A program made the position numbers and the translations under genes. DNA of 64,000 nt from Tubiluchus corallicola (taxonomy: Eukaryota > Animalia > Priapulida): contig JAQGDQ010000863.1 in assembly GCA_030141605.1 (NCBI GenBank), positions 22,887 to 86,886 on the forward strand. The letters run 5' to 3'. Shown here piece by piece: positions 1 to 13,370 of the stretch; the first letter of the stretch is position 1; every line of letters starts with the position of its first letter. Below the pieces are notes generated by a model. It worked only from the letters and a program-made list of their open reading frames with translations, ran no database searches and had not been told where the DNA came from.

Positions 1-198
1 CGGTACCCATGCCGTCAGCTCAGTTGTCTACTTCGGCTTCAAATTCCAACGCCACGGCTCCCGTTTCTTCAATAGTGCCGCCATCTTCTGGTTCAAATCC
101 GTTGGCTTTGGCTTCACAAGCTTTGACCGTGCAAATTCAGCAGACAGAGCAGGGACCAAGACTGACGTTGCCTGCAAGCCAGCTTCGTCAACTTCCGG
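1..198 (+). CDS. dom: domino exon (partial; S/P/Q-rich insert of split ATPase)
   Basis: Open frame ending G|GTGAGT, phase 1. Confidence 0.75.
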
Positions 199-335
199 GT
201 GAGTTTTTCAGATTTCGTCAGTAGTTTAATGGCAACACTAGACCTGCACTGAATGTTCTCAAAGGATTGTGCTTCATACAGCATGTTAATGGCACTGATA
301 TGGTTTATAGAATTGCTCTTGTGCTGTGCTTTATT

Positions 336-1015
336 GATAGACTGGACAGATTATTTGGCAGACTGGATGGATTTATTGGTAGACTGGACGGATTATTTGG
401 TAGACTGGACGGATTGTTTGGTAGACTGGACAGATTATTTGGTAGACTGGACAGATTATTTGGTAGACTGGACGGATTTATTGGTAGACTGGACAGATTA
501 TTTGGCAGACTGGACAGATTTTTGGTTGACTGGACGGATTATTTGGTAGACTGGATGGATTATTTAGTAGACTGGACAGATTATTTGGTAGATTGGACAG
601 ATTATTGGTAGACTGGACAGATTATTGGTAGACTGGACAGATTATTTGGTAGACTGGATGGATTTATTGGTAGGCTGAACGGATTATTGGTAGGCTGAAC
701 GGATTATTGGTAGACTGAACGGATTATTGGTAGACTGGAAAGATTATTTGGTTGACTGGACAGATTTTTGGTAGACTGGACGGACTTATTGGTAGACTGG
801 ACAGATTATTTGGTAGACTTGACAGATTATTTGGTAGACTGGATGGATTTATTGGTAGACTGGATGGATTCATTGGTAGACTGGACAGATTATTTGGTAG
901 ACTGGACAGATTATTTGGTAGACTGGATGGATTTATTGGTAGACTGGACAGATTATTTGGTAGACTGGACAGATTATTTGGTAGACTGGATGGATTATTT
1001 GGTAGACTGGATGGA
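336..1015. repeat. 21-bp minisatellite GGTAGACTGGACAGATTATTT
   Basis: Direct tandem copies. Confidence 0.95.
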
Positions 1016-1250
1016 CTCTGAAATGATGTTGTTTTTATGTGCCCCATTTTAATGCTAATAGACAAAGTGCTGCATTTATTCAAGTTTATAATAATATTTG
1101 ACCCTGTACATTTCATTGAAGTTTGTTGTTGTGTGATCATTCAGATGTATTTCATATCTGGTCTTAGTCATCATTGATTAAACTAACATTCTGACAATCA
1201 CTACAATTGTTAGTGCGTTTTTGTATTTTTGCTTATGTGATTATTTACTG

Positions 1251-1752
1251 CAGGGATGAGAATTTTCCGCGGATATGCGGAATTCCGAGTTTTTTGGAAG
1301 ACCCGTAGTGTCATTTTTGTAAATTCGTTGAGAAAATTTTTACGGACCCAGTACATTATTTCACAAGTTGGCCGCTAGTTGGCAGGCCGTCACTTTGTTT
1401 ACATCACGTACATCAGTGTAACCACGTGTATATCTCTAATATGTATAAAAATATAGAATCAATTGTGCGGAGTTATTTGAGTCAATTGCAGACAGTTTTT
1501 ATATACTTTTGCATAGGAGCGGCCAGTACTTAGGTGGTTTTGAGACAATTAGGTATCATGTATCCTTGATAGTTGGGTATTTTAAATTATGCACGAAACA
1601 AGATAATTGATATTTTAAGTCCACTTAGAGGCTCTCTATGGTCACAAAATTGCAATTTGTTGCTGGCTCCCCTTGCACTCCATTGGGGGTCTAGGTGGCC
1701 CCAAAACACCCGGCCTGTTTCAGAGTTTTTACAATTTGCATTCTCATCCGTG
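1251..1752. mobile_element. MITE family A (CAGGGATGAGAAT TIR, hAT-like)
   Basis: TIRs, apparent 6-bp TSD TTACTG; other copies at 33398-33881, 9591-9856 (left part) and 5445-5568 (right part). Confidence 0.75.
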
Positions 1753-1822
1753 TTACTGTTTGTGCATTGTTACTGATCTGTTTTAAATCTTTCTTAACTT
1801 GGTGAACTGTGTTGTTATTTAG

Positions 1823-1915
1823 GAATAGTGCAACTGGTTCAGACGTCGGATGGCCATCATTTGCTTAGTACAACTGGCGGAGCATTGGCTTTGCAGCCTC
1901 CTACAACCATTCAGC
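1823..1915 (+). CDS. dom: domino exon
   Basis: tttag|GAATAG..CAGC|gtaagt; IVQLVQTSDGHHLL; phases 1/1 fit neighbours. Confidence 0.75.
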
Positions 1916-2052
1916 GTAAGTTTATGTTGTTTGTAGAGCTGAGTTTTTGGTTGGGGTGGTGAACAGGGAACAATGAATATTAAGTGCAAAGTCACAATGA
2001 TGTCTGTTTCTTCATCATCGTCTGTAGTTCTATGGAACGTTGACGAGAACCA

Positions 2053-2329
2053 CTACTGAGTGACTCAGCATTTTGTTAGTTTATCCAATGCATTTTCTAC
2101 TGAGTGACTCAGCATTTTGTTAGTTTATTCAATGCATTTTCTACTGAGTGAATCAGCATTTTGTTAGTTTATTCAATGCATTTTCTACTGAGTGAATCAG
2201 CATTTTGTTAGTTTATCCAAAGCATTTTCTACTGAGTGAATCAGCATTTTGTTAGTTTATCCAAAGCATTTTCTACTGAGTGACTCAGCATTTTGTTAGT
2301 TTATCCAACACATTTTCTACTGAGTGACT
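2053..2329. repeat. 44-bp minisatellite, about 6 copies
   Basis: CTACTGAGTGACTCAGCATTTTGTTAGTTTATCCAATGCATTTT. Confidence 0.95.
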
Positions 2330-3317
2330 TACTGATAGGGGGCAGCAGTCTGCACGGCTGTTTGTTTTGCTCTTCTAAGGCTGTCACAGTGTAATTAGTG
2401 ACTACTTATCACCTTTCTAACCTATCCACTAGGCATCCAAAAGTACATTATAGGATAAATATTTGCATGAATGGCTTCATACGTTTCATGTAACACATGC
2501 GCACTACTATAAGTGAGACTAGGATGGTACAGGTTTAACTTTTGTAAGGCAAACTAATTTGACAGAACTTTGTACGTTAAAACTCCTTGCTTTACATTGT
2601 GCCTACAAACAAGCGAAGAGAGAGCTTGTTTTACAATATTTAAACCATTGCCACATGCATGTATAGGTAAAAGAAACTTGCGGGTCAAATTGTCAAAATG
2701 TTAGACTTGAGTGTAAAGTCGGCTGAGCAGAGCAAACATGCACACGCACACGCACACTCATGCACTCGCGTGCACACGTAAATAAACATAATAAGCATAC
2801 AGTTAGTCCATGTAAATTGAAATTGTTTCATTTAGCATCCATCTTGTAAACCAGCAAATTTAACAAATGTGACATCGTTACTCTAAGTTGGAAATCTGTG
2901 CAATTCCATTTCAACATCATTTTCTTACGAGTGCTGCTAGTCGTATCAGACGTTAATCGTATATATCATACAGTTACAACAACTGCATTATAATCGTGCT
3001 AACATGATTAACCTATCTGCAATAATAATTCAACACTGGGATTACCAGCACTAGTGGAGCCCCCTGTGCAAAGGCAAATAAACTACACGAAACTTTCTTG
3101 TCGCTTTCTGTCACTTGGACTTGCACTCAGTGAAATGTGGAAGGATATGATTTATTTTCATTTTAGAGTTAATACATCATTTAGGGTTGCCTTAAAATGT
3201 TTTGCAACCAACAAAGATAATGTTTTTACATTATCTGCAGAGGTTACTTAAACAGAGATGTCTTCTTGATAGTGTATTGTTCAAGCTGCTTCAAATGAAT
3301 GATTCAATTTTGTTTAG

Positions 3318-3617
3318 TGTCATCTTGTGTGTCGACTGGTTCAGCGGAAACCGTCGCATCAGCTGTTTCATCGGCAGGTCCTGTCCGTGCCGTAACTGCT
3401 GCGGTTACGGCTACGTCGGCACCAACAGCTACCACGACACCAGTAAAACCGGCGACTTCTGTACCGCCGACGTCGACTGCCGTAACCAACGAAAAGCGGC
3501 AAATCTCGGTGCCGCCAATTTCCGCTACATCAGACGCATCCGTCACGCAGGGATTTGGTGCCCCGTCTAAACCCAGTAAACCAGTTGGTAGAGTGGCACC
3601 CATGCAGCTGACTGCAG
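3318..3617 (+). CDS. dom: domino exon (T/A/P/S-rich insert)
   Basis: tttag|..GCAG|gtaaac; frame of ORF 3299-3649. Confidence 0.75.
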
Positions 3618-3649
3618 GTAAACATTTGCAGACATTAGTGCCATTATAA

Positions 3650-4355
3650 TCTGTCACGCAGGGATTCGGTGCGCCGTCTAAACCCAGTAAACCTGTTGGT
3701 AGAGTGGCACCCATGCAGCTGAGTGCAGGTGGTAGAGTGGCACCCATGCAGCTAAGTGCAGGTGGTAGAGTGGCACCCATGTAGCTAAGTGCGGGTGGTA
3801 GAGTGGCACCCATGCAGCTGAGTGCAGGTGGTAGAGTGGCACCCATGCAGCTAAGTGCAGGTGGTAGAGTGGCACCCATGCAGCTAACTGCAGGTGGTAG
3901 AGTGGCACCCATGCAGCTAACTGCAGGTGGTAGAGTGGCACCCATGCAGCTGAGTGCAGGTGGTAGAGTGGCACCCATGCAGCTGAGTGCAGGTGGTAGA
4001 GTGGCACCCATGCAGCTGAGTGCAGGTGGTAGAGTGGCACCCATGTAGCTAAGTGCAGGTGGTAGAGTGGCACCCATGCAGCTAAGTGCAGGTGGTAGAG
4101 TGGCACCCATGCAGCTGAGTGCGGGTGGTAGAGTGGCACCCATGCAGCTGAGTGCGGGTGGTAGAGTGGCACCCATGTAGCTAAGTGCAGGTGGTAGAGT
4201 GGCACCCATGCAGCTAAGTACAGGTGGTAGAGTGGCACCCATGCAGCTGAGTGCAGGTGGTAGAGTGGCACCCATGTAGCTAAGTGCAGGTGGTAGAGTG
4301 GCACTCGTGCAGCTGAATGCAGGTAAACATTTGCAGGCATTAGTACGTTTATAAT
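3650..4355. repeat. duplicated exon end plus 30-bp minisatellite (about 21 copies)
   Basis: Unit GGTAGAGTGGCACCCATGCAGCTGAGTGCA derives from the last 30 nt of exon 3318-3617. Confidence 0.95.
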
Positions 4356-4465
4356 TTCATTGTTGACCTAGGAAAGCAGTTGCCTGCATGTGATATTGTC
4401 TATTCGCATGTGAGCGTTTGTAGATATGTACTATTCATGATAAAATAAGTCAATATATTTTTCAG

Positions 4466-4572
4466 CTTCAGATGCAGACAAAGTGTCCAGCGATTCTGCA
4501 TCGTCTCAACAGACACCTGCAAAAGCACTCGCAGCAAAGAAGTCTGAAAAACAGGATTCCATATTTTATATC
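4466..4572 (+). CDS. dom: domino exon
   Basis: ttcag|..ATC|gtaagt; ends DSIFYI, resembling SRCAP SPFYL. Confidence 0.8.
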
Positions 4573-5139
4573 GTAAGTACATAGTTCGTTCTGATAGTTG
4601 GCATCCTTCTGTCTCGGAAAACAATGGAGTGTGCGCCAAGAGAGTCCTGTCCGTTCCTTGCATGAAAACATAGGCGGCAGTCTACCGCCTTCCGTTCCTT
4701 GCACGAAAAACACGGGCGACAGTCTAGCGCCTGCCGTAGTGAAAGTGTTAATGCGGCTACTGTTTGTTGGCCTTCCAGTCTTTGCAGTTTTTTGTGTAGT
4801 GATCGACAATTGGAAGCCGATAAAAATGTGAACCTGGGAACAGAGATCATTAGGAATTCACTAATAAATGTTTGTACTAGTCATTTATCGCATTTAGTCG
4901 ACGCTAGAGTCACCTTTACGTGTTACTTGTACAGTACTAGGTGCTAAATGCAGTCGTATAGCTGAGAGTACTGGCTAAACCTATTCTTAGCTGTGGTGCG
5001 TGTAGTCTACAGTTAAACACCAATGTCAGTTACAAATTCACCAGAATAAATTGTTAGAAAAATAAAAACAGTTCAGGTGCTTTAGTGTAATCAACTAAGC
5101 ACAGACGTTGCGATAATTAGCTCTAGTGTTTTAACTAAA

Positions 5140-5446
5140 GTTGTTGTGGTTGGCATCCTTCTGTCTCGGAGGACAATGGAGTGTGCGCCAAGAGAGTCAG
5201 TTATTGATCACATTGATGGAGCTGCAGCGTCGACTGTGGCTGAGCAGCGCGATCCTTGAACGGCAGTTAGACAGCCATAACTGCTGCCTCCCGTGTTGTT
5301 TCTGTCAGCATGCTGCACTAGTCCGCCTTCGGGGCTCCACTCCTGATTTGGAAGGTTTACTCCTCTACACATGGCCATTGGATTTCTTGACCCCCTCAAC
5401 CCTCTAGCCGTTGGCTGCTTGTGCAGCTCCTCCGCCTAGTGTCGAG
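5140..5446 (-). mobile_element. headless copy of the same SINE (plus tail fragment at 4597-4647)
   Basis: Shares ttggcatccttctgtctcgg..gtgtgcgccaagagagtc tail and body; stops before the 5S head. Confidence 0.8.
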
Positions 5447-5599
5447 GCTGTCTATGGTCACAAAATTGCAATTTGTTGCTTCGCCCCCTTGAACCCCCAT
5501 GGGGCTACACGGCCCCCAAACCACCGCCCTGTTTCAGAGTTTTTTGCAATTTGTCATTTTCATCCCTGTTTTAATGATTGATCTTTCTTGCGATTTCAG

Positions 5600-5856
5600 G
5601 AGGCTCTGGAGGTACAGCAGGCTCGACGCCGTAAGGAGAAACTGTCCCGGATCGCGCGTTTGAATGCCCGTCGATGTGCCGTAACGCCCGTCTATGGTCA
5701 AGATTTGATCAGCGCCTGTAAAGTGATAAGCAAACCCAGTGAAAGTCACCTGCCACCTTCTCATCCGAGCAGGTACTGGAGAGAGACGACTCTACTGAGA
5801 GATCTTGTCTACACGCCTGAGACGTACCTCCGTTACCTCAACGATATATTAAACAG
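5600..5856 (+). CDS. dom: domino exon
   Basis: EALEVQQARRRKEKLSRIARLNARRC..PVYGQDL; canonical splice sites. Confidence 0.88.
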
Positions 5857-6090
5857 GTAAATAATCTTTTTTTTAATTAGGTGTTAACAGTTATTAGGTT
5901 TTTATGATATAAAAAGTAGCTTGGAAAAGTCAACTGGCTCTTGCTTGGAGCTCATGTGTTGTAATGTTTGTTTTTTATATAATTATTGAAATATTTCTTG
6001 TTTAAGTTCTTGCTTAAGTATTGATGTTTTTTCACCTGTCACATCAGTATTTTACGCAGGTGAAATAATATGACACGCTGCATCTTTCAG

Positions 6091-6293
6091 ATTTGTCTTC
6101 TGCACACCGTCTGTCCATGCTCCGGCGATTCAGATGCATGCATCGCATCCTCCTCCGTCTGAAACGTCGCGGCAACGCAGACTGGAGGCGGCACTTTGTG
6201 CAGAACTTTCTCCAAAGTATGACAGCTTGCACGTGATTGGTAGGCAGATGTGCACACAGTTTCCTGATCGTAGGCTTATTCAGTATGACTGTG
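6091..6293 (+). CDS. dom: domino exon
   Basis: RFVFCTPSVHAP..QFPDRRLIQYDCG|gtaagt. Confidence 0.93.
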
Positions 6294-6346
6294 GTAAGTT
6301 AACTAGTTAAGTGAGGTGCTGTGTGTTGTTCTTTATGATAGCGTAT

Positions 6347-8146
6347 GCTGATCATCATTACTACTTGTGTGTTGCCGCTTACATTACTGGTCATCACTAC
6401 TGTTGCTTGTGTGTTGCCACTTACATTACTGATCATCACTACTTCTACTTGTGTGTTGCCACTTACATTACTGGTCATCACTACTGTTGCTTGTGTGTTG
6501 CCACTTACATTACTGATCATCACTACTGTTGCTTGTGTGTTGCCACTTACATTACTGATCATCACTACTGTTGCTTGTGTGTTGCCACTTACATTACTGA
6601 TAATCACTACTTCTACTTGTGTGTTGCCACTTACATTACTGATCATCACTACTTCTACTTGTGTTGCCACTTACATTACTGGTCATCACTACTGTTGCTT
6701 GTGTGTTGCCACTTACATTACTGGTCATCACTACTGTTGCTTGTGTGTTGCCACTTACATTACTGATCATCACTACTGTTGCTTGTGTGTTGCCACTTAC
6801 ATTACTGATCATCACTACTTCTACTTGTGTTGCCACTTACATTACTGATCATCACTACTGTTGCTTGTGTGTTGCCACTTACATTACTGATAATCACTAC
6901 TTCTACTTGTGTGTTGCCACTTACATTACTGATCATCACTACTTCTACTTGTGTTGCCACTTACATTACTGGTCATCACTACTGTTGCTTGTGTGTTGCC
7001 ACTTACATTACTGATCATCACTACTTCTACTTGTTTGTTGCCACTTACATTACTGATCATCACTACTTCTACTTGTGTTGCCACTTACATTACTGGTCAT
7101 CACTACTGTTGCTTGTGTGTTGCCACTTACATTACTGATCATCACTACTGTTGCTTGTGTGTTGCCACTTACATTACTGATAATCACTACTGTTGCTTGT
7201 GTGTTGCCACTTACATTACTGATCATCACTACTGTTGCTTGTGTGTTGCCACTTACATTACTGATCATCACTACTGTTGCTTGTGTGTTGCCACTTACAT
7301 TACTGATAATCACTACTTCTACTTGTGTGTTGCCACTTACATTACTGATCATCACTACTTCTACTTGTGTTGCCACTTACATTACTGATCATCACTACTG
7401 TTGCTTGTGTGTTGCCACTTACATTACTGATAATCACTACTTCTACTTGTGTGTTGCCACTTACATTACTGATCATCACTACTTCTACTTGTGTGTTGCC
7501 ACTTACATTACTGATCATCACTACTTCTACTTGTTTGTTGCCATTTACATTACTGATCATCACTACTTCTACTTGTGTGTTGCCATTTACATTACTGATC
7601 ATCACTACTTCTACTTGTGTGTTGCCATTTACATTACTGATCATCACTACTTCTACTTGTGTGTTGCCACTTACATTACTGATCATCACTACTTCTACTT
7701 GTGTGTTGCCATTTACATTACTGATCATCACTACTTCTACTTGTGTGTTGCCATTTACATTACTGATCATCACTACTTCTACTTGTGTGTTGCCGTTTAC
7801 ATTACTGATCATCACTACTTCTACTTGTGTGTTGCCATTTACATTACTGATCATCACTACTTCTACTTGTTTGTTGCCACTTACATTACTGATCATCACT
7901 ACTTCTACTTGTGTGTTGCCACTTACATTACTGATCATCACTACTTCTACTTGTGTTGCCACTTACATTACTGATCATCACTACTTCTACTTGTGTGTTG
8001 CCGTTTACATTACTGATCATCATTACTTCTACTTGTGTGTTGCCATTTACATTACTGATCATCACTACTTCTACTTGTGTGTTGCCACTTACATTACTGA
8101 TCATCACTACTTCTACTTGTGTGTTGCCATTTACATTACTGATCAT
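6347..8146. repeat. 42/40-bp minisatellite
   Basis: CTGATCATCACTACT(GTTG/TCTA)CTTGTGTGTTGCCACTTACATTA. Confidence 0.96.
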
Positions 8147-8252
8147 TGTGTATAAATATCTTGGCGTTAAATCACGATGGTCTTTATTCATAAATTCATT
8201 TTAGAATCATTTTTAGTTCATTCATGCAGTACTTCATGCATTCATGTTACAG

Positions 8253-8422
8253 GTAAGCTGCAGACGTTGGACTTGTTGCTGCGTGAATTAAAGTCAAACG
8301 ACCACCGTGCTCTCATCTTCACTCAGATGACGCGGATGTTGGATGTGCTGGAGAACTTCCTCACGTATCATGGTCACCGATATCTTCGCTTAGATGGAAC
8401 GACGAGGGTAGAGCAAAGACAG
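8253..8422 (+). CDS. dom: domino exon (helicase C lobe)
   Basis: GKLQTLDLLLRELKSNDHRALIFTQMTRMLDVLENFLTYHGHRYLRLDGTTRVEQRQ. Confidence 0.96.
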
Positions 8423-9422
8423 GTGTGCACAAATGTTGATGCTTTACACTAAATTCTGATTTGCAGTTTGCCATAAAACACCTCGGCATCTCTAAGCATC
8501 AGAAAACCCTCCACTCACATAAAACATAAAAATTTGTACACCTCTTATATACTGCATTTTTGCATACAGGACTTGCGTTGGCAGTAACGCTGTATAAAAT
8601 ATGTAAATTTAAATTCCCGCGATGACCGTTACACACAGCCATTTTGACATTAAGTTATTTGAAACAAGTTTTTAGATAACATTGTGTGAAGTTTGAAAAA
8701 ATAATCAGAGCATTCGTAGCGCACAGGTTGCTAACTAAGTAAAATTTTAAATTACTGTATCTTGTGTCAATAAGATTAAAAGTACGTTTTTGTTTACTAA
8801 GTGGTGCACCCTGGAGGAATTTTACCAATTGGGGAAAATATTTAAATAATTAATAATTTTCTTTTCTAGTTACATAAGTCTTTCAATCAGGTAAACGAAA
8901 TGCTATGTAACAGAACTTTGCATGGAAAGTTTTTTGGGACATTTTAACGTTTCCCTTTCTTTGCCTGATTTACGTTGTGCTTTTGACACGTCATAATGGC
9001 GACTTCGGAACAATTTTGCGAGAAATTTAATACGAAAACAAACAAAATTCTTTTCAACGCGAGTACGATATATGTTTAAAACGGCTGTAAAGTAAAACAA
9101 TTTTTTATGGCGATTTTTCTGAAACCTACGTCGGGTACCTGCTTTCCTTTTCTTTTAGCGTATCTTTGATGTTAGACGGTTACAATTACTTTGAGCTGCT
9201 ATATCTGTGAAGTTACAATTTGGGTTATGTTAATGTATTTTTTCTACAGCGTTCTTATATACTGTGTTTTTGCATAAAGGACTTGCGTTGGCAGTAACGC
9301 TGCATAAAACATGTAAATTTAAGTATGTCTAGATCAATTTACTGCCTAAAGTAAGCTTGGACGCTGCGTATTTGTTAACATTTGTGTGCAGCATTTCTGA
9401 TAGAGCCGTGTGCAATTTTTAG

Positions 9423-9575
<153 letters not shown>

Positions 9576-10358
9576 TGATTTGCTTAGTCACAGGGATGAG
9601 AATTTTCTGGGGATATGCGGAATTCCGAGTTTTTGGAAGACCAGTAGTGCCATTTTTATAAATCGAGTAAATTCGTTGAGAAAATTTTTACGGACCCAGT
9701 ACATTATTTCACAAGCTGACGCTAGTTGGCAGGCCATCACTTTGTTTACATCACGTACAGCAGTGTAATCACGTGTATATCTCTATGTATAAAAATATAG
9801 AATCAATTGTGCAAAGTTATTTGAGTGAATTGCAGACAGTTTTTATATACTTTTCTAATATTAGTGTAATTATTACATTACACATTATTACATACTGTAT
9901 AAAAATAGTTTTATGCCTGATGATGTCAGATCAAATTTTGCAATCAGAGGCTGCAATTACATAGCTTTGTTTTGTGCCATTTCTTCCCTCTGTGTGTTGC
10001 TGTTGTTTAGCACGTGTTTCGTTTTGTGTTAAAGTCTCGTTTCCGCTTTCCATTTTTTGTCGTTTGTTGCATCAGTTTTATGAAATCTTGAGTAAAGCCT
10101 GTGATGGTGTGTAGATGATGGTCTGAGGGCATATGATTAGAGTTACATTGAGTTGTTTACTGCTAACACTGATCAAATTGCTTTGCTTATGAAAATCACT
10201 TGAATCACAAGAAAACCCTCCACTTGCATAAACATCAAAAACACCTTTTTTATTTCATCACCTAGTGTATTGAGACATAAAGATACCAGGTGTCCACTCT
10301 CTTCTGACTCTTGCTTGACCTTAGTATGTTAGTGTTAATACCAATCTGATTTTGGCAG

Positions 10359-10526
10359 GCTCAAGACAGATGTCATCGTATAGGTCAAACCAGAGATGTG
10401 CACATCTACAGGTTGATTAGCGAGAAGACCGTCGAGGAAAATATTTTGAAGAAAGCTAATCAGAAGCGGTTGCTAGGCGACATGGCCATCGAGGGCGGAA
10501 GCTTCAACACGGCATACTTGAAGAAG
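10359..10526 (+). CDS. dom: domino exon (helicase motif VI)
   Basis: AQDRCHRIGQTRDVHIYRLISEKTVEENILKKANQKRLLGDMAIEGG. Confidence 0.96.
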
Positions 10527-10846
10527 GTGCGTAATTTCATCTCACAACTTGTTTTTAAACTCAATGCTGTTCTCGCTACACGTGTCGGTATTTTAGCTTT
10601 ACCTGATCCCAATAAGAGAAACAATTTTAGAAATGGCTTTTGAACCGTTTACAGTAAACTTACAAAAATCTTTTGATTTGAAATAAAGTATTTGATGTAT
10701 AGTAACCGCAGTTTAGTTGAACTTTTTTTTGATAGATGCTGACTTGTATCATACCCCATGCATATGGCATTTTACTGGCTGTTATTTACTTTGCGTTGAT
10801 AAAAAAGAACTAATAGTAACATACAACACTGGAGTAATACTCTGTA

Positions 10847-11358
10847 CTAGCAAAGGCCCCGCAAAAAATTTTGCTTATAAATGCACTGATAATCAAAAAT
10901 ATGCAAACATCCTACATAGTGTTCGTTTATTTAACTAACGCAAAGTCAGCAGCAGCAGCTTTTACTGAATTAAAGTTATAAGCTTATAGACAGAGTACAA
11001 TGGATGACGTCATAACAATGGCTTTGCGTCAGCAGTTTTCTAAGCGAAAATTGCCAAAAATAGAACATCTAATGAACTCGTCGTCACTCCTCTTGGTGGA
11101 CGTGTCCCAACATATAGCCCACATCATCGTTTAGCCCTGTTCTTCCTTTTTCTAAGGATCCGTATATTTCCTTCCGAGAGTCCCACCAGGCACCGCTTGA
11201 AAGTTTTTTCTGCGGGCTGTTTGGTCAAAATTTCGAAAAAATCGCGAGTTGGGTCCGGGAAATACCCGTTGCGGGACACCGTGGTGCCGTCGTCCGAGCT
11301 ATAGCCTCGAATCTTATATATATAAATATATAACATACCAGTAGAATTAATATATAGA
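10847..11358 (-). mobile_element. non-autonomous Helitron-like element
   Basis: 5' TCTATATA start, 3' hairpin GCAAAATTTTTTGC followed about 10 nt later by CTAG; second copy at 43165-43546. Confidence 0.65.
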
Positions 11359-11658
11359 AGCATCAGTTCTAGCAACAAGAGAGCATTAGGAATTCACTAA
11401 TATGTTATTGTACTTAGTCGACGCTAGAGTCACCTTTACGTGTTACTTGTACAGTACTAGGTGCTAAATGCAGTCGTATAGCAGAGAGGACTGGCTAAAC
11501 CTATTCTTAGCTGTGGTGCATGTAGTCTACAGTTAAACACCAATGTCAGTTACAAATTCACCAGAATAAATTGTTAGAAAAATAAAAACAGTTCAGGTGC
11601 TTTGGTGTAATCAACTAAGCACATACGTTGCAATAATTAGCTCTAGTGTTTTAACTAA

Positions 11659-12148
11659 AGTTGTTGTTGTTGGCATCCTTCTGTCTCGGAAGACAAAGGA
11701 ATGCGCGCCAAGAGAGTCTGATCCTTGAACGTCTCTAGGTTGCACGCCTGGGCAAAGTGTATGGAGATCCCGAGTTGCCCAGACAACAGGAACCCCCTCT
11801 CTTCCTCCCTGGTGTAGCCTAAAGGAAAGCGGAGCGATACGTTTGGCACCAGGTTGGCTGCCGGAGTCAGTGAGCATGCTGCACTGGTCCGCCTTCGGGG
11901 TTCCACTCCATATTTGGAAGGTTCACTCCTCTACACATGGTCGTTGGTCACTTGACCTCCGCCCTCTAGCCATTGGCTGCTTGTGCAGCTCCTCCGCCTA
12001 GTGTCGAGATGCAGTGTGGGCATCCCGCAAAGCCTACAGCACCTGGTATTGCTAGGCGGTCACCAATCTAAGTACTAACCAGGCTCTACATTGCTTAACT
12101 TCGGTGATCAGACGAGAACCGGTGTTTCCAACGTGATTTGGCCGTAGT
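11659..12148 (-). mobile_element. 5S rRNA-derived SINE (SINE3-type), full length
   Basis: Reverse complement of about 12030-12148 is a diverged full 5S sequence; body, (CAA)n tail, TSD TTAACTAAAGT (11651-61 / 12148-58). Confidence 0.88.
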
Positions 12149-12323
12149 TAACTAAAGTAATTAGCTTAAAAACTATTGTGTACGAATTGGATATTTAATT
12201 CGATTAAATTTCTTGACTATTTTGAATGCATTTTACTTTATAATAATTACAAGCAAAAGATCGTAGTTAAAGGATGTTAAAAATTTTCCTCTAATGATAA
12301 TAACTTATTTCTCTTTTGTTTAG

Positions 12324-12455
12324 GATTCGATAAAAGAATTGTTTGACCAGCCAACTGGCCTACAAGAGCTGGCTGTACGGAAGCAAGAAGAGGCTGTTGC
12401 TAAGCAACGACAAACTAGTGCCGAACAGCACATGAGTGAGGAACAGTTGGAGCAG
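12324..12455 (+). CDS. dom: domino exon
   Basis: DSIKELFDQPTG..EEQLEQ; ttag/gt sites, phase 0. Confidence 0.88.
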
Positions 12456-12851
12456 GTATACGTGCAGTAATACAATTAATTGTTTGCACTGATGCCCGAT
12501 GATGGACAACTGATGCCTAGAGGTGGTGGTTGTGAAGCAATGCCACGTTTGTGTCTTTTCTGTGCTGTTTGTCTGTCTATTCGTGTTTTGCCTCGTCAGA
12601 GTCATCGGTGTATGCGTATCCGGTTATTTTTTGTAACCAATCCGTTTACACTTCTTTTTATAAAGTTTGTTTGCTCGTGTTTTCCATGATGTGATGTGCT
12701 TTGTTCTAGCATATGTCTTGTTCCTTGTGGCATTGTTGTAGCAACAGTGGCGCCATCGATGAATCAAAGATTATGAGATCTGAGGGCAGTTTTTAGTTTT
12801 TGTCTTAACCACACGAATCTTCATTACATTGATGTCAAATGATCTAGATTT

Positions 12852-13370
12852 CTCGTATCTCAGTTTGTTAACAGTGCCGCATGCTATTGACACGGTCCGT
12901 TATTTCGCGAGCTGACCGCTAGTTGAGGGGCCATCACCTTGTTTACATCCAAGCAGGATGTAATGGCACGTGTGTAGCTTGTATGTCAGCGTGCGTAAGT
13001 GGGTTTAGAGTCATTTATACTCTCATATCTCAGTTTGTTAACAGTGCCGCATGCTATTGACACGGTCTGTTATTTCGCGAGCTGACCGCTAGTTGAGGGG
13101 CCATCACCTTGTTTACATCCAAGCAGGATGTAATGACACGTGTGTAGCTTGTATGTCAGCGTGCGTAAATGGTTTAGAGTCATTTATACAAGTAGTTTCA
13201 GACAATTTTTATATGCTTTTGTATAGGAGCAGCCAGTAGTAGACGTTTTTGAGTCAATTAGGCAATTCATTCTACCTTACCATGTAGGTCATAATCGGTA
13301 AGTATGGACAATCGGCAAATTCGGACCCACGTCTCTCCCCGCTTTGGTCCAGCAAACCGAGACACGAGTG
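12852..13370. mobile_element. MITE family B relative with about 170-bp internal duplication
   Basis: Same termini and core as 54107-57604, with a single copy of the satellite precursor. Confidence 0.65.

Noticed and set aside
253-1140. Repetitive ORFs (GRLDRLF / VDWTDYL)
   Set aside because: Translations of a 21-bp intronic minisatellite, open in several frames; no splice or homology support.
6299-8204. Many overlapping ORFs
   Set aside because: Artefacts of the 42-bp minisatellite lying between two well-supported exons.
12030-12148. Functional 5S rRNA gene (also about 38891-39010 and 52222-52330)
   Set aside because: Copies are mutually diverged, lack a strong oligo-T terminator, are fused to a common body and tail, and are flanked by TSDs, so they are SINE heads.
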